The notes below the pieces were generated by a model. It saw nothing but the letters and a program-made list of their open reading frames with translations, ran no database searches and had not been told where the DNA came from. Position numbers and translations under genes: made by a program. From positions 1 through 64,000 of the forward strand of contig CBFFRQ010000015.1 in assembly GCA_965644315.1 (NCBI GenBank): a stretch of 64,000 bases of DNA, given 5' to 3'. This stretch comes from Caecitellus pseudoparvulus. Lineage: Eukaryota > Protista > Bigyra: Bicosoecida. Positions 1-11,917 of this stretch are shown in pieces; position 1 is the first letter of the stretch; every line of letters begins with the position of its first letter.

Positions 1-32
1 CTCTGTAAGGAGAGTTTGAAGAGTGTTTTTTT

Positions 33-248
33 TTCTAGAGCTCAATTTTGCGCTAGTGAAGTGAGTGGGGCGACTGCAATGCTAGTGAGAATGCATGCCC
101 AGAGGCACACTAGTGAGCGGGGGTGGTTGTGCTCGGTACTAGTAAATTTCGCTGGGCGAGGCGCTACTAGTACGGAGGGCCGCCCAGCGCACTACTAGCG
201 CACCGCCCAGCTGGACATTTTTCCTAGTAGTACATTCTTCGCTAGCGC
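33..248. repeat. Left subterminal repeat cluster (~9 CTAG-core motifs: GCTAGTG, ACTAGT, ACTAGCG)
   Basis: About 9 CTAG-core motifs in ~215 bp. CTAG is scarce in the rest of the window. Confidence 0.75.
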
Positions 249-360
249 AACAAGTTCGGTCTGCCGTGAATCGATTGCATTGAAACACACCTTGACAACC
301 TGAAGAACAATGAAGTAGCTTCAGCACGGATGGCTCGGCGCCAGGTCGAGGGAGGGCATG

Positions 361-2402
361 TCAGGTTATCCTGGACACAATTTTGTGCGTAAGCACGGCC
401 ATCTCCGTCTGTACGTGGTGCTTCATGCGTAACGACGTCCACAGCATGGCCAACATACAGCACGCACGCACCTTGTCGTCAACGGTCAGGCTGCTCAGGT
501 CCCCACAATCAGTCACCCACTGCTTGTTCTTCACGTTCAAGCAGTCGACAGCAACGTTGTACGCAGCCTCCATCCATCGTAAGACAATCCTGGCCCCTTT
601 TGCCACATCTTCTGGGCCACTGAGCGCCGCTTCCAAACGCCTGAAGCTGGGGTCGAAACGGGGGCCGCTACTGGAGTCCTCGGATCCCCGGCGTTTGAAA
701 ACAGCCTTGATGGTGGTATGATTGACGATGGCCTCACGGGCAACGTTGACTTCCTGCAAGCACAGGCGGTGCCTTGATCGATCAGCCCTTTTTTTGCCCC
801 TCTCAGCCTGTGGCACAAAGAGAATGCATGAGAAAGGAGCATTCGGGCCCAGCATCACCTGTGCGGGTCTAGACTCACACACATACTTACCTTGGGCACC
901 CAACTGTGGCGGTACTCAGGGTCCTCGGAAGACACCTCGAAGAAGGCTGGGTCGTGGTCAAGCTGAATGCTTGCACCTCCGGTGCACTTCTCATGGACTG
1001 GCTCGTACTTCCTCTGCATCTCGTGCCACGGTTCGAACTTTCCTAGGCATTCCGAACTGCGCAATGCTCAGAAGTCTGCTATGCTGCGCTCCACGGACTC
1101 GGAAGGAGTCCTCTGGGCACTCACCTCGTGATTTTGGCGCGGCACTTGCTCCTGACATTGCTCATGGCGGCCTTCAGCCCGGCGTAACTCGCACTCTTGC
1201 TGCTCTTCGCCATGTCCTTCAGCGCGCAAAGCACGCCACCCCGCTCGGTAAGCTCCTTCTGTATCGAAACCTTCCTCGCTGCTGCTATCACGTTTTCGAG
1301 GCATTTGAACTTCCACGGTGCTGAGAACCTAGGGTCGTCTAGAGCCCGGCTCGTGGCTTGTGCTCCAACCGGCACCCCATCTCCCCCTTCCTCTGTGGCT
1401 CCAGCCACCTCTCGGGCAACGTTCTGCTCGGCCTCAACTGCCTCGATGGCTGCTCGTAGTGTGTCTACCAGGTTCTCGGGGTCTGCCAAGATGAACGAAG
1501 GGTTCTCGAGGATGAGGTCGACCACGATGCGGCGGGCTTCTGCCCTGAACTTTCGGGGCCATGGGATTGAGTCTGCGCCCCCACGGGCTCTAAGAGTTCA
1601 CCCAGCTGGTCTCCCCCACGAGCTCCACGTTTCTTGGAGTTCTTTGCTTCCTGCTTCTGCGTTAGTGGACCAACCATACCCACTACCTGTGAAGTTCTGA
1701 ATTGCCCCAGGCCAAGTGAGAGTTGGACAAGGGACATGGTGTTTGCGCTCCAAACGAAAACCTCGTTCAACAACTCGATGAGACGTTTCTCGCTGGGCGT
1801 GCCAATAGACTCAAGCAGCTCCTTCGCCGATTCAAGCTTCTCAGCAAGGTCAAGCGGCCTTGGTGCCTTGATCGGTCTGCAGCTCGCCATTGTATTTGCG
1901 GCGAAGGCTTCTGGGGAAGGGGAGCGGGATTGGTCCGGTCCAACGAAGCTTAGCAGTGGCCGTTAGAACGCTGTGGCTACCGTGACTGCAGAGCAGGTAC
2001 GTACGAGCCGCAATGGCAGCACTAGAACCGCCCCTAGCTGTGCCGAATAGCTCCCTGTCATCAAGGCATGTGAGTGCGTTGGCATCACCTGCACATGATG
2101 CTAGGGTGGGGTGGGGAGGCGCTGCACGGGCGTCGATCCTGTGGCGCGAACCAGTACGTACCATTACCCTCCAGAACGTCAGGCACCCCAACGACGGACC
2201 CAGTGCAGTTGCCAGGGTGAGATGCCCAAAGCACAACATCCCGTCGACGTTTCCCGGCCATCACAGCTTTGGCAGCCGTGCTGCGGTTGAAGAGGTGTGC
2301 AGCCTCGAGGGGTGTGGCGATACTTAACGAAGCCACGACACTTGCCGTTGTGTCCCCTGCATCCTCGCTGTCAGAGCCCATTTCATCAAAGTGAAGTGAC
2401 AT
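361..2402 (-). CDS. Spliced accessory gene of the transposon, unknown function (5' exon structure uncertain)
   Basis: The minus-strand ORFs 361-903, 855-1064 and 1121-1525 are joined in phase by GT-AG introns at 808-890 (VPK|AERG) and 1057-1124 (KITS|SECL). The upstream ORFs 1465-1890 and 2085-2402 (MSLHFDEMGSDSED) are likely further exons, but their junctions are unresolved. Confidence 0.5.
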
Positions 2403-2693
2403 GGTGAATGGTTGGGGTGGGTGTGCAACAAAAAGCGTATCTGAGGACTTGGTGGGTCTGAAAGTACATGCAACGGTGGAATGTCGAGACAGACTGGAAA
2501 TGCACTGGACGAGGTTGCAAGGCGCCTTCAATGCCCACAGCCCAACACACACCAACGACCAACATGAAGATGCTACGGCTGCCTGGCATTGTGTTGCGTT
2601 CTCGCCTCGCTGTGCGCGTTGCGTACGTACGGTAGGGGCGCCAACGCAAGCAACGGAACTCCGCCGGTGCCCTCACGCTACAGAAGACTCAGA

Positions 2694-5600
2694 ATGAGCG
2701 CCCGCTGCAAGCTCTGCAACAAGGAGTTCGACGACGAACGAGCTCTTGGCGGCCATATGGTCCATTGTCGTCGCAGGCGGATGAAGGCGTACAAAGAAGC
2801 ACAAGTCCAACGGCTTCGTGAGGTTCAGGAGCGGCTGGCTTCAGAAGCTCGAACTACTCGCCTTGAACGCAAGCGCCACCAGCAAGCCGCGGCGCGGCCT
2901 CAACATGATGTGGGTGCCAAGCGCATGGCAGCCGGGCACTCACAAGGGGGGGTCACCCTTTGCTTTGGTTGTTGAGCCTGTCGCCGCCACCGTCCAAGCC
3001 CAGATGGCACAGCCAGCTCTTCCCCAGCCAACCGGGGGACCACGAAAGCAACCCGGAGCAGCAAAGCACATCCCTCCACGCCACACCGAGCTGGTCGCCA
3101 GAGCCATAGCGCACGCTGATCGGCTGTCAGCACAGAGTGCGGGTAGTGGTGGAGGCATTGGAGGGGGCATGGGCCGGACCATACTCAAGTGTCTGCTGCG
3201 CTTCAACGCCAGCAAGAGTGTGCTGACGGAGATCATCAAGGAGCACAACAAGACGATCAAGACTTCTGAGGTGCTTCTTCGTCAGGAGCATCGCACAGCT
3301 CCACAGTGTCCCATGGTGCCAAGCATCGACAAGCTGCTGGAGATCGCCGCGGAAGGAACCCCCTCCCCGATCTCCATCACTGTACCTTTACCCAAGGGAC
3401 TGGCAGGTGGACAGTGCGAAGTGCCTTCCATGCCACTGTGGGACGTGCTTATACGCACGGCTGCCGAAGTACCACTGGAGGACTTCGCCCCTCACCGAGG
3501 AGGTGGCGTCGCCAGTCCAGAGTGGTTCCCATCAACACTTAAGCTGCCAGCACACAATAGCGCTGCCATGAAGGTGAAAGAAAAGTTCCACTTTGCAGAC
3601 GGGCTGGCGACAGCGCATTGGAGACGCATGAAGGACGCCTTGCAGCTACCGGGCGGTGGGGAGATCTCGCTCCCTGCCCCCCTCGAGGTTGGCCATTGTA
3701 GCCTCAGAGATCCGGTCAGCGTTGAAAAACAGTTCCGTCCATCCGAAGCTGGGGCGGCAGGACAGACATGGAGCCATCCATCCAATGGCGTCTTCCTGCG
3801 CAATGCGGCTGAACGCGCCAAGGCGCGCGGGGCGCTATCCATGCCGCTGGTCATTTTCATGGACGAAGTGCACCCTGATGGGGCTGGGAAGCATGCATTG
3901 TATCCCATGATGCTCTGGCCGCTTGCGGGGGATGCTGCCTCCATGCGCAAGGCGCACAGGGCAACATTGCTCGCCATGCCCCCGAGCCCAAAGAGACTTC
4001 CCAAGGATGACAACGTGCTGCGAGAGGCGGGCCTGACTTCGGCTGCGGCCACAGCACAAGCAGCACAGTCCATGGTTTTGAGCCTTGTCCTCCAACCCTT
4101 GCTCGCGATCCAGAAGATGGGCGGCATTCCCAAGGAGGTGACTCCAGAGCAGTCCCTTGCACTGAAGTCTGCTGGGTACAGGGTGTCACAGGTGACCGCA
4201 CACAGTCGCCCGAGGCAGCTGGTGGAGTATGTGCAGATGATGCCTTGCATTATCCAGCTGTCGGCGGACATGGTGGAAGCGTGGGATCAGTTTGACTTGC
4301 TCCATCGGCGGTGCGTGCAGTGTCGCTGTGTCCCCGGTCCACAGCTGTCCTCGCTGGCATCGCTGAAACACTGTCAGCTCAGGGTAGGGGAGAGGGAGCC
4401 GGCAGCGATGAGGCAGCCGCGGCCACTGGACATCGCAGAGGGGCACTCAGCGCGTGGGAAGCGGCTGAGAAGGTACTAGGAACCCGGCTGTGCTTCCTGA
4501 GGCCTCCAGATCCCATCCACGCGGCCGACACGGGGGCTGTAGCGGCCCGCTGCGAAAGGTTTGTCCTAGCTGCGATGACTGTCGGTCCAGGACTTGCTGC
4601 GAGGGAAGCACTCCTTAAAAGCCGATGGGAGGCCGTCAAGGGTGTGACCATAAACGGAACTCGGCTTGATGGAGGAAGAGCACTGCCATGGCGGCAGAAT
4701 GCTGGGGGTATGATGCGGTCGGCCGAGCGCGTTAGCAGGGCGCAGTGGTTGCCACTCATCGTCGGACACAACCAAGACATTATTGCTGATCCCCAGCTGC
4801 ACACCATGGTGCAAGTGCTGTGTCACTGTACACTGGTAGTACAGGCATACATGTATGTGCGAGACACACTGGACGAAGCGGCCCTGCTTGGCATGCAGGT
4901 TTGGCTAGCTCGGATGGTTGGCACGCAGGAGCTGATCGCTGAGCTTGTGCAAGAGGCAGCCTCCAAGTCCGGAGGGAGTAGTTTTTCATGCGACACCAGC
5001 ACACACTATCCCAAGGCCCACGAGATACAGCACCTTCCTGCAGCTGTGGCAGGCTTTGGGGTAGTTGCAGCGCTGGACACTGACAACGGGGAGGGCCGGC
5101 ACCCCGCTCTCATCCGCCTGTGGAAGCTGTGCAACTCTGCGTTTGGGGCAGCCAATATGCCAAAGTTGTTGACGTACGCATCCATCCGCCGAGACATGCT
5201 GGTAAGCGAGGCATGGGTGACGAGCGCCTCATCACAGGTGGCTGGGGAAGAGCTTGCTTGCCTGCTGCAAGGCAGCCCGCTGCCAGAGATGCCGTACCTG
5301 TCCCCTGTAACAAAGGCTCGCGAGGTCCTCCGATCACCAATCACTGTCTGGCAACTGCTCGACAGGGAAGACAGTGGGCTGGCCCGCACAATCCGCGCAG
5401 CCTTGGAGCCCTGCGTGGCCGGAATGTCTCTGGATGGGGTCTTACCTCTAGGGGACGTGAATACCATGCTGCAGAGCGTCTCCAGCACAGTTGGTACTGG
5501 AGATAGGATGGTGGGACAAGTACGGCTGTGCAGCACCGTCTTGATGTGCTTCCCAGGCGGGAACACGTCGACGCTGTGCTTCCCCGCTTTCGTGGTTGTG

Positions 5601-5954
5601 CGTGAGGAGCAGCAACAAGGGGCAGCCGCGCCAGCCATTGGGAGTGGGTTGTTCCGTGCTGTCGCTGCTCTTGTTGGTGATGCACCCCAGGACCATGAGA
5701 AAGATGCCTCGATTGAGGAGGTGGTGTTGTTGGGGACATTCTTGCACCCAGACGAGGCCCACGCATGTATAGCTGGATGGAAGTACGTGAACCCGCTGGA
5801 TGTCGCCCCCCCAGCCAACGCAGTGGGTGGCAGTGTTCTCATCGCTCCAGCGGTGGTTCACCCCACAGTAGTGGAGGGGCACACTTACACAGAGGAGCCG
5901 GATGGTGACCCGGTTCTCTTCTGGCTGCCGACCATCACAGCGCGGCAGCACTGA
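2694..5954 (+). pseudogene. Plavaka/CMC-type DDE transposase with N-terminal zinc finger, interrupted by two frameshifts (~2950 and ~4385-4390; may be sequence errors)
   Basis: N-terminal CKLCNKEFDDERALGGHMVHC zinc finger. Then PLVIFMDEVHPDGAGKHALYPMML (first D), SADMVE...CVQC (second D plus CxxC), PDPIHAADTG, and YPKAHEIQHLPAAVAGFG...DTDNGEGRH (HxxxH plus catalytic E). This motif order is typical of Plavaka/EnSpm-like transposases and is spread over three overlapping ORFs. Confidence 0.8.
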
Positions 5955-6474
5955 GCTTGTGAGAGCTTTGCGCCACACGCTGGCTGACAAGAGAAGTTCC
6001 ATGCTGCAGCACGGATGGACCACCTTTCATCAGGCCTCCCTCACATTTCATCCATGCCAATGCACCGAGCCTGTCTTGTGGCAGCGAACGTTGCGAAGCT
6101 GCGTGCGCCAGGCACTTGCATCACGGCGAAGCCGTCCAACACCGCTAGCACAAGCCCACCACAAGGCGCCAGGGCCGGCCAAACCTAAGCATAAGTCATG
6201 GTAGGTTTTCCAGGGGCCGGGGACCTGGTGGGAGTCCTACCCGGTTCCGCATGGGAGAGGCGCGGAGAACCCGTTAGAAGCGAAACGCCACACCAGTCGA
6301 CGCAGGGCTCTTCCTAGCCCGATAGCATGATCATGGTCCAAACAAAAGCCGTGGTAGTTGTGAGACAACGATGAAGATGGCACACAGAGTCGAAGACTGC
6401 ACCAACATTGTGTTTATTGGTGTGTGTACGAGAGAGGTCTGCTCCACCCACAACGTCAGCTCGAGCTTGCTGCT

Positions 6475-6813
6475 GCACTAGTACAGCTCACCTCACTAGT
6501 ACAGCTGGCCCTCGTGAATCCTGCCTACCGCGCTCACACTAGCGACGCTTTGGACAGGTCTGACGCACTAGCGCACAACCCACCCCTAGTGAACAGGGTG
6601 ATGTGCAGTTTTGGCAAACCCCAAGCACACTAGTATTTCACATCGCCTCTGCGGCTTTCAAGCACTTCACTAGCACGGACTTGACACTAGCACAGCTGAC
6701 TGCGTGCACACTGACCCTCATGCTCACACTAGCACGATATTTTTCCATTGTCTTCGCACTAGTACAAGATTCTCACTTAGTAAAAAACACTTTGAACTTG
6801 CAAATTACTAGTG
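6475..6813. repeat. Right subterminal repeat cluster (~11 copies, consensus CACTAG[T/C][A/G]C) and terminal TAGTG
   Basis: Copies near 6476, 6494, 6537, 6566, 6585, 6628, 6668, 6685, 6727, 6757 and 6807. Confidence 0.8.
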
Positions 6814-7040
6814 GGCCATCCTCCAGTGACGGATGGCCCGCCTTGCGCGGCTTGCAAGAGGTGGTCCGGCCAACTGCGCCGTGCAGCTCTTCCCAGCGCA
6901 GCAAGTGGGCAGCGCAGGGACGGCGCCAAGAGGAAGCAGAAACAAGAAATGCGCCTCGACAGCCAACCTTACGCCTTCACTGTGGTTGCAGGCGGTGGCG
7001 CGCTGCGAGGCGCCGGCTACGGAGCGGCTTCGCAGGCAGC

Positions 7041-10000
7041 TCAGTATGCAGCGGAATCTGTGTCCAGCTCAGCTGGCGCGCTTGAAGTGGTACCGCTGGC
7101 CCCTTCCTTGGCCGAACTGCTCACTGCAACCGCTGCAGCCTGAAGACAAGACTGGCCTTGCTGGTAGCTGCCACTGCCCTGCACCACTCCCTGACTTGGC
7201 TCGGTAGCCGTGCAGGGCAGCTCGGTGCCCTCTTGCTGAGTGTGCGCTGGCGCTGGCAAGGCAAGCTGGCAAGCTTTGGTTGACCTTGCGTCAGTGCCCG
7301 CCTGGTCAGCCACAGGGCCAATGAACGACAGAACAGCCGGGAGAAACACCAGTCCATGCAAGAGGCCGAAGCCGACGAGGCCCAGAAACATCTTGAACAG
7401 CACTTTGAAGCCGCCGCTCTGAGTGGCTGCCAGCAAACACACGGCGCAAAACGTGGACAAGCCGCCGTTTAGGACGCTGCTGCCCATGTTCACGAGCGCA
7501 GCGTGGGCGCGCTGCACCCGGTCACCCTTGGCATGCACGAAAGCCTCCGCTACATGTGCAGCAAAGTCCACTGAGAATCCGATCTGGCAGCAGGGGGGCA
7601 GGTTCGAGCGGAAGTGAGGCTGGGTGGAAGTGATGCGCACGTGAGCACGGCGCTTCGCTGCCGCAGTGTAACGGTGGCACACAACGCGCCAAACAGCGCC
7701 ATGAAAGCGCACACCCCAGCAGTTGACACAAGCTCGTTACTTCCCACTTGCACATGTACCAGGGCCTTGTTGCCAGATTTGCCCAGGCACGGCCGCACTT
7801 TGGAGGCCAGCGTCACTCACCGCCATGACGAGGTTTACCACCGATGCCACATTCAAGCGGATATCCCAAATGACCATCAGCCCAAGGATGTCAATGTCCA
7901 CCATGGCCACCACCAACAGCACGAGGAGCGCTGACAATGGCGGCTGAAAGACAAGCAGCGTGCTGAGCACGGCAACGCCGGCGTAGAACAGGTTCTGCAC
8001 CGTCAGGCGATCAATCACGAGGTACCTGTGAGGCAAGCGGGGAGCATGTAGGGTGCAGCGCAGGTGGGGCTTGGCGGCTGACAGCGGAGTGGCACAAAGC
8101 AGGCACTTGGTGACGTGAAGTGCCACAAGCACGTCACCGTCCACCGCGCCCCACGCACCGTTCCAGCCTGTGAAGCACCAAGGAAAAAGCAAGAGGTGCG
8201 ATGTGCGGGTGAAAACACAGAGCATTCGCAGGGTCTACGATCACGCACCACAGAAAGTCATAGGCGAATGCCATGCCAATTGCGGGCGGCCCCACCGTCA
8301 CCTGGCCACTTGCCGCCTCGGCACTGTGCCGTTCATCCCCAGCATATAACCGCCGCGCTGCACGGCGCATCTGCATCATCAAGCGCACGTGTACTTCCGA
8401 ATCACTTGGCGTGGACACTTCTCCCTTGATCTGGAATGCACCCAGAACGACAGGTGGACTGACGGCGGAGCTGTTGCTCGTGCCAGTGGCAAGCACCTCT
8501 CGAACGGGCACCGCCTCGCCTGACCGTGCGTCGACAAGCGCAAGGTCCCCTGCAAACTCAGATGCAGATACATCTGTGCGCAGCCACGCGACCACATGGT
8601 TGCCAAAGGCCACCGCATCAGCATGGGCAGCCGTGAGGGTGGCGTTGGACAGGCCAGACTCCCACAGCCGAAAGGCACGCCACCAAGACTGCAGCGGCAG
8701 CGAAACGCCAGGCACACCCTCCTCGATTCGCTCGTGCAGCCGCTCCACCACACGCACATGCTGTGGCGCCGCCCAGTTTGTCCAAACACCTGTGCTGCGT
8801 GCGCTTCCCTGCAGACGCCGTCGCCACTGCAAATCATCCGTCTCCTCTGGCGGAATGTACCCGTCGCGGTGCAGGGCAGAAGTGTCGGCGAGGCCTGCCG
8901 TGTTGCCGGCAGCCAGAACCCACAGCGCCGTGTCGGCGACGTTGCCGAAGTGAGCATCCCTCGCCCCATAGAAGTCCACCAAGTAGCTCTTTTCTGGGAG
9001 GTAGTCGTTGGCGTCCAACCCTTTGCCGATGCGTGCGGCGTTCACCGCCCCCCACGCGGCGCCGGCGAGGAACAGCACGATGACACCCACCCTCACCGGC
9101 ATCTGCAGCAAGAAAGGCGCGTACGTATTCCGCACCCACTGCCGCACAAGGGAGTCCTTCGATGGGTCGTCATGCAGCTCCACCGGCCCGTCAGCTGTGT
9201 TGCCTTCCACACACACGGTTACACAGCTTGCAGAACTGGATGCTGGCTGAGCGGCAGCCTTCCCAGGTGCGCCGGCACCCTGACCGGGTACAGGGGAGTG
9301 TGGTGTGAAGGGGACCTGGGTCACCTCGTCCGAGTCACCGTCGAGCTCTTCAACAAAGTCATCAGTGGCAGCGGAATCCTCGGTGGCCGTTCGAACGGCC
9401 GCATCTGCAAACCCGCTCACCTCCGCCTCATCCCCACTGCAACTTGCAGAGGAGCCTGGGCTCCTGGCACCACAAGCATCTTGGGCGCTGTGCAGGTCAG
9501 CTTCAGGCTCAGACGTGCCTGCACTACCTGTCGGGGGGGTGCCTTCATCGGCAGCTTCAGACGCTGTGGGCGTGCTCAAGCCTTCCTCGACTGCACCACA
9601 CGAAGCGCTTTCCGTATCCAACTCAACGGCCTGATCTTGCACACTGCCTTCCTCCACCACGAGATCAAAACTAGACGTGGAGCATGTGCCCTTGCCAGGG
9701 CTGTCCGTCGCAGCGTCACCTTCACCCACGCACCCGTCCGAAACACACCCCGGGGCTGTCACAGCCCCCTCAGCAGGTCCCTGCTTGGGTGGCACATCTT
9801 GGCCGTCAGCTGCAACCCAGCAACAGCACACGTCGTACCGCCGGGCTGCTTGGCGCCTGGTGTCCAGCACCAAGGCGGGTGCGAAGAGTGTGCACTGGAA
9901 GAGAAACACAGCGGCAACAGAGATGGCGGCAGTGGTGCAGAACTGCGCGATGGCGGGCACGTCGATGGTGCTGCCGATGGCAAAGGCGAGGAAATCAGTG

Positions 10001-11311
10001 AGGGAGGTGAGGGTGATGCTGGGCCCAGCCTCCCGCATGGCAGCTTGCATGCGTCGGTGCAGTGGGGCGCTGGCGGGCGCTCGTTCAAAGCAGCCGGCAA
10101 TGACGAAAGCGTCGTCCACAGACACGCCTGTGAGGACGAAAATGGCCAGTTGGGACATGACGTTGAAGGGAACGCCCCCTAGAGCCCCGCCGCCAAAGCC
10201 CACCACCATGGCAGCGCCGACAGTGAGCACCACCGTTGCGCCGAGAGACACCTGCGAATGCAGCGGCGGCGCGCCCCCCAGCACGACACTGACGTACACG
10301 AACATGAGGGCGATGGCTGCCCCCACCAACGGCGAGTCTGCTGCGATGATGCGGTCGCTTTCGTCTTGGTAGGAGCGTGTGGCAGACACGTACAGCCGCA
10401 GGGCCGGGTCCTGCCAACTCCGCACAGTGTCCAGCATGGCAGCCTCCCACGCATCCAGCCCCGCCGCGTCAGCCGTGGGGCTCATCACAAACAACATCTG
10501 CAGTGCGCCTGCACCCACCAGGTGCCCGCTCCCGTCCAGGCGCTGGGAGCCGACGACAGAGCGTGTTGGCACGGTGTACACAGCGGGCGGCGGGTGCCGC
10601 ACCTCCACGGCGCTGAGCGTCTGCAACACCTCGCTCGTGTTCACGCCCCCGACATCGAACGCCCAGGGAGTCAGAGGGGACAACACAAGGCAAGGCGTGT
10701 CTGTGCCTGCCCCGCCACTGCGCAAGCATAAGTCCCGGAAGCGCGGCAAGCGCGTGACGGCTTCGTGCAGCGGCTGCAGGCGCCTGAGAAAGTCCGCACT
10801 GAGCGCGCCAGGCACAGCGGGGCCGCCCACAGGTTCGGAAATGACCATTGACGTGCGTGGCTCAGCTCCGAACGTGTTTGTTATGTAGTTCCGGTGAGCC
10901 TGCGCGGGGGAGGCGGCGGAGAGGCTCGAGTGCGTGGCAACAAGATCCCGGCGTGGTGTAGGTGCCGCTTGCCGGCACGAGCTGCTCGCAAGCGTCTCGC
11001 CTTACCTGCGCAACACTGGACTTGGGTATCCAGGTGTCTTCGTAGTCCACTGCCTGCGCGCGAGGAAGGGGGGGGTGTCGGGTGTGTGTCGTTGCCAGCT
11101 CGCGTTGCTGGAAAGTGTCTGCATGCTGCCTCACCGTTTCCAGCATGCTGAAGCCGACAGCACAAACACCCGTCACCAGGGCCGTGAAGGCAATGAATGC
11201 CAATGGGTACAGACCCACCAACAGTCCCAGCCGGGAGAAGGCACCCTGCAGTGCGCTGTGGGTGTACTTGTGAGGAGCTTTGCAGCGCCTGCAGGCTGCG
11301 CGTGCAAACAT
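7041..11311 (-). CDS. NPC1/Patched-family (RND, sterol-sensing domain) membrane protein, multi-exon
   Basis: Sterol-sensing domain motifs FVLTGVSVDDAFVI and AMREAGPSITLTSLTDFLAFAIGS, followed by DYLPEKSYLVDFY and C-terminal IGFSVDFAAHV...LLHGLVFLPAVLSFIGP. Phase-consistent introns include 7584-7820, 8026-8158 and 8168-8248, plus two near 10900-11134. Confidence 0.9.
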
Positions 11312-11917
11312 GCTGCAGGATCTGTGCCCGAAAAAGCTGTATCAGCGTGCACTTCCTGTCACGTAAAGTACACGGCCGTCTCAGTCGTGCACTGCGTTCG
11401 CTGTGCCGTGTGCAGTCAGCTGAAGGAGACCAGTGCAAGTGTGCAGTCTGCCCGGTTGCTCCGTGCAATTTCCGCAACTTCCCACGATGCCCTGCCGCCG
11501 ATCATGTGAAGAACGCAGTGGCAGGAACGGCGCAGGGCGCACAAGGCTTCGCAAGAGATTGGGTTGTTTGGAAATAATGGGAAGGAGGGTCAGGCTGCTG
11601 GCGTGTGCATGGAATGTGCGCCGGGCTGGGCGGGCAGACTTGCCTTGGGCTTGCTGGGAAGGCTGCCCTTCCAGCCGTCGACGACGGCCCAGGACGAGCG
11701 GGCGCGGCGTGAGGAACACACCCGTCGAACAAAAACAACTCCCGGAAGTGCGCACGCTGGTCACGCCAGGCCTCTCCCTTCCCAGCCACGCCACCGTGAC
11801 CACGCTGTGTCGGCTCAGGCCAGCACACCAGCTGCAGCAGTGCACCTTGTTCAGCCACCCAGCTGGGTTGGGCTGCACCGCTGACCCCGCGCCAGCGAGC
11901 ACGCCAGGAAGGCCACC

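Larger units (their letters stand above)
1..6813. mobile_element. CACTA/CMC-superfamily (Plavaka-like) DNA transposon; left terminus at or just before the window start
   Basis: The right end reads ...TTACTAGTG (ends 6813; reverse complement CACTAGTAA). Bases ~13-58 imperfectly match the reverse complement of ~6757-6798 (AGTGTTTTTT...AAT.TTG..CTAGTG). Dense CTAG motif clusters mark both ends, and a DDE transposase lies inside. The target-site duplication cannot be checked because the left flank is missing. Confidence 0.75.

Noticed and set aside
6811-7143. Plus-strand 110-aa ORF starting at the transposon end as an interrupted host gene
   Set aside because: It has no recognisable motif and overlaps the 3' end of the NPC1-like gene. 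The left flank is unavailable to test the idea.
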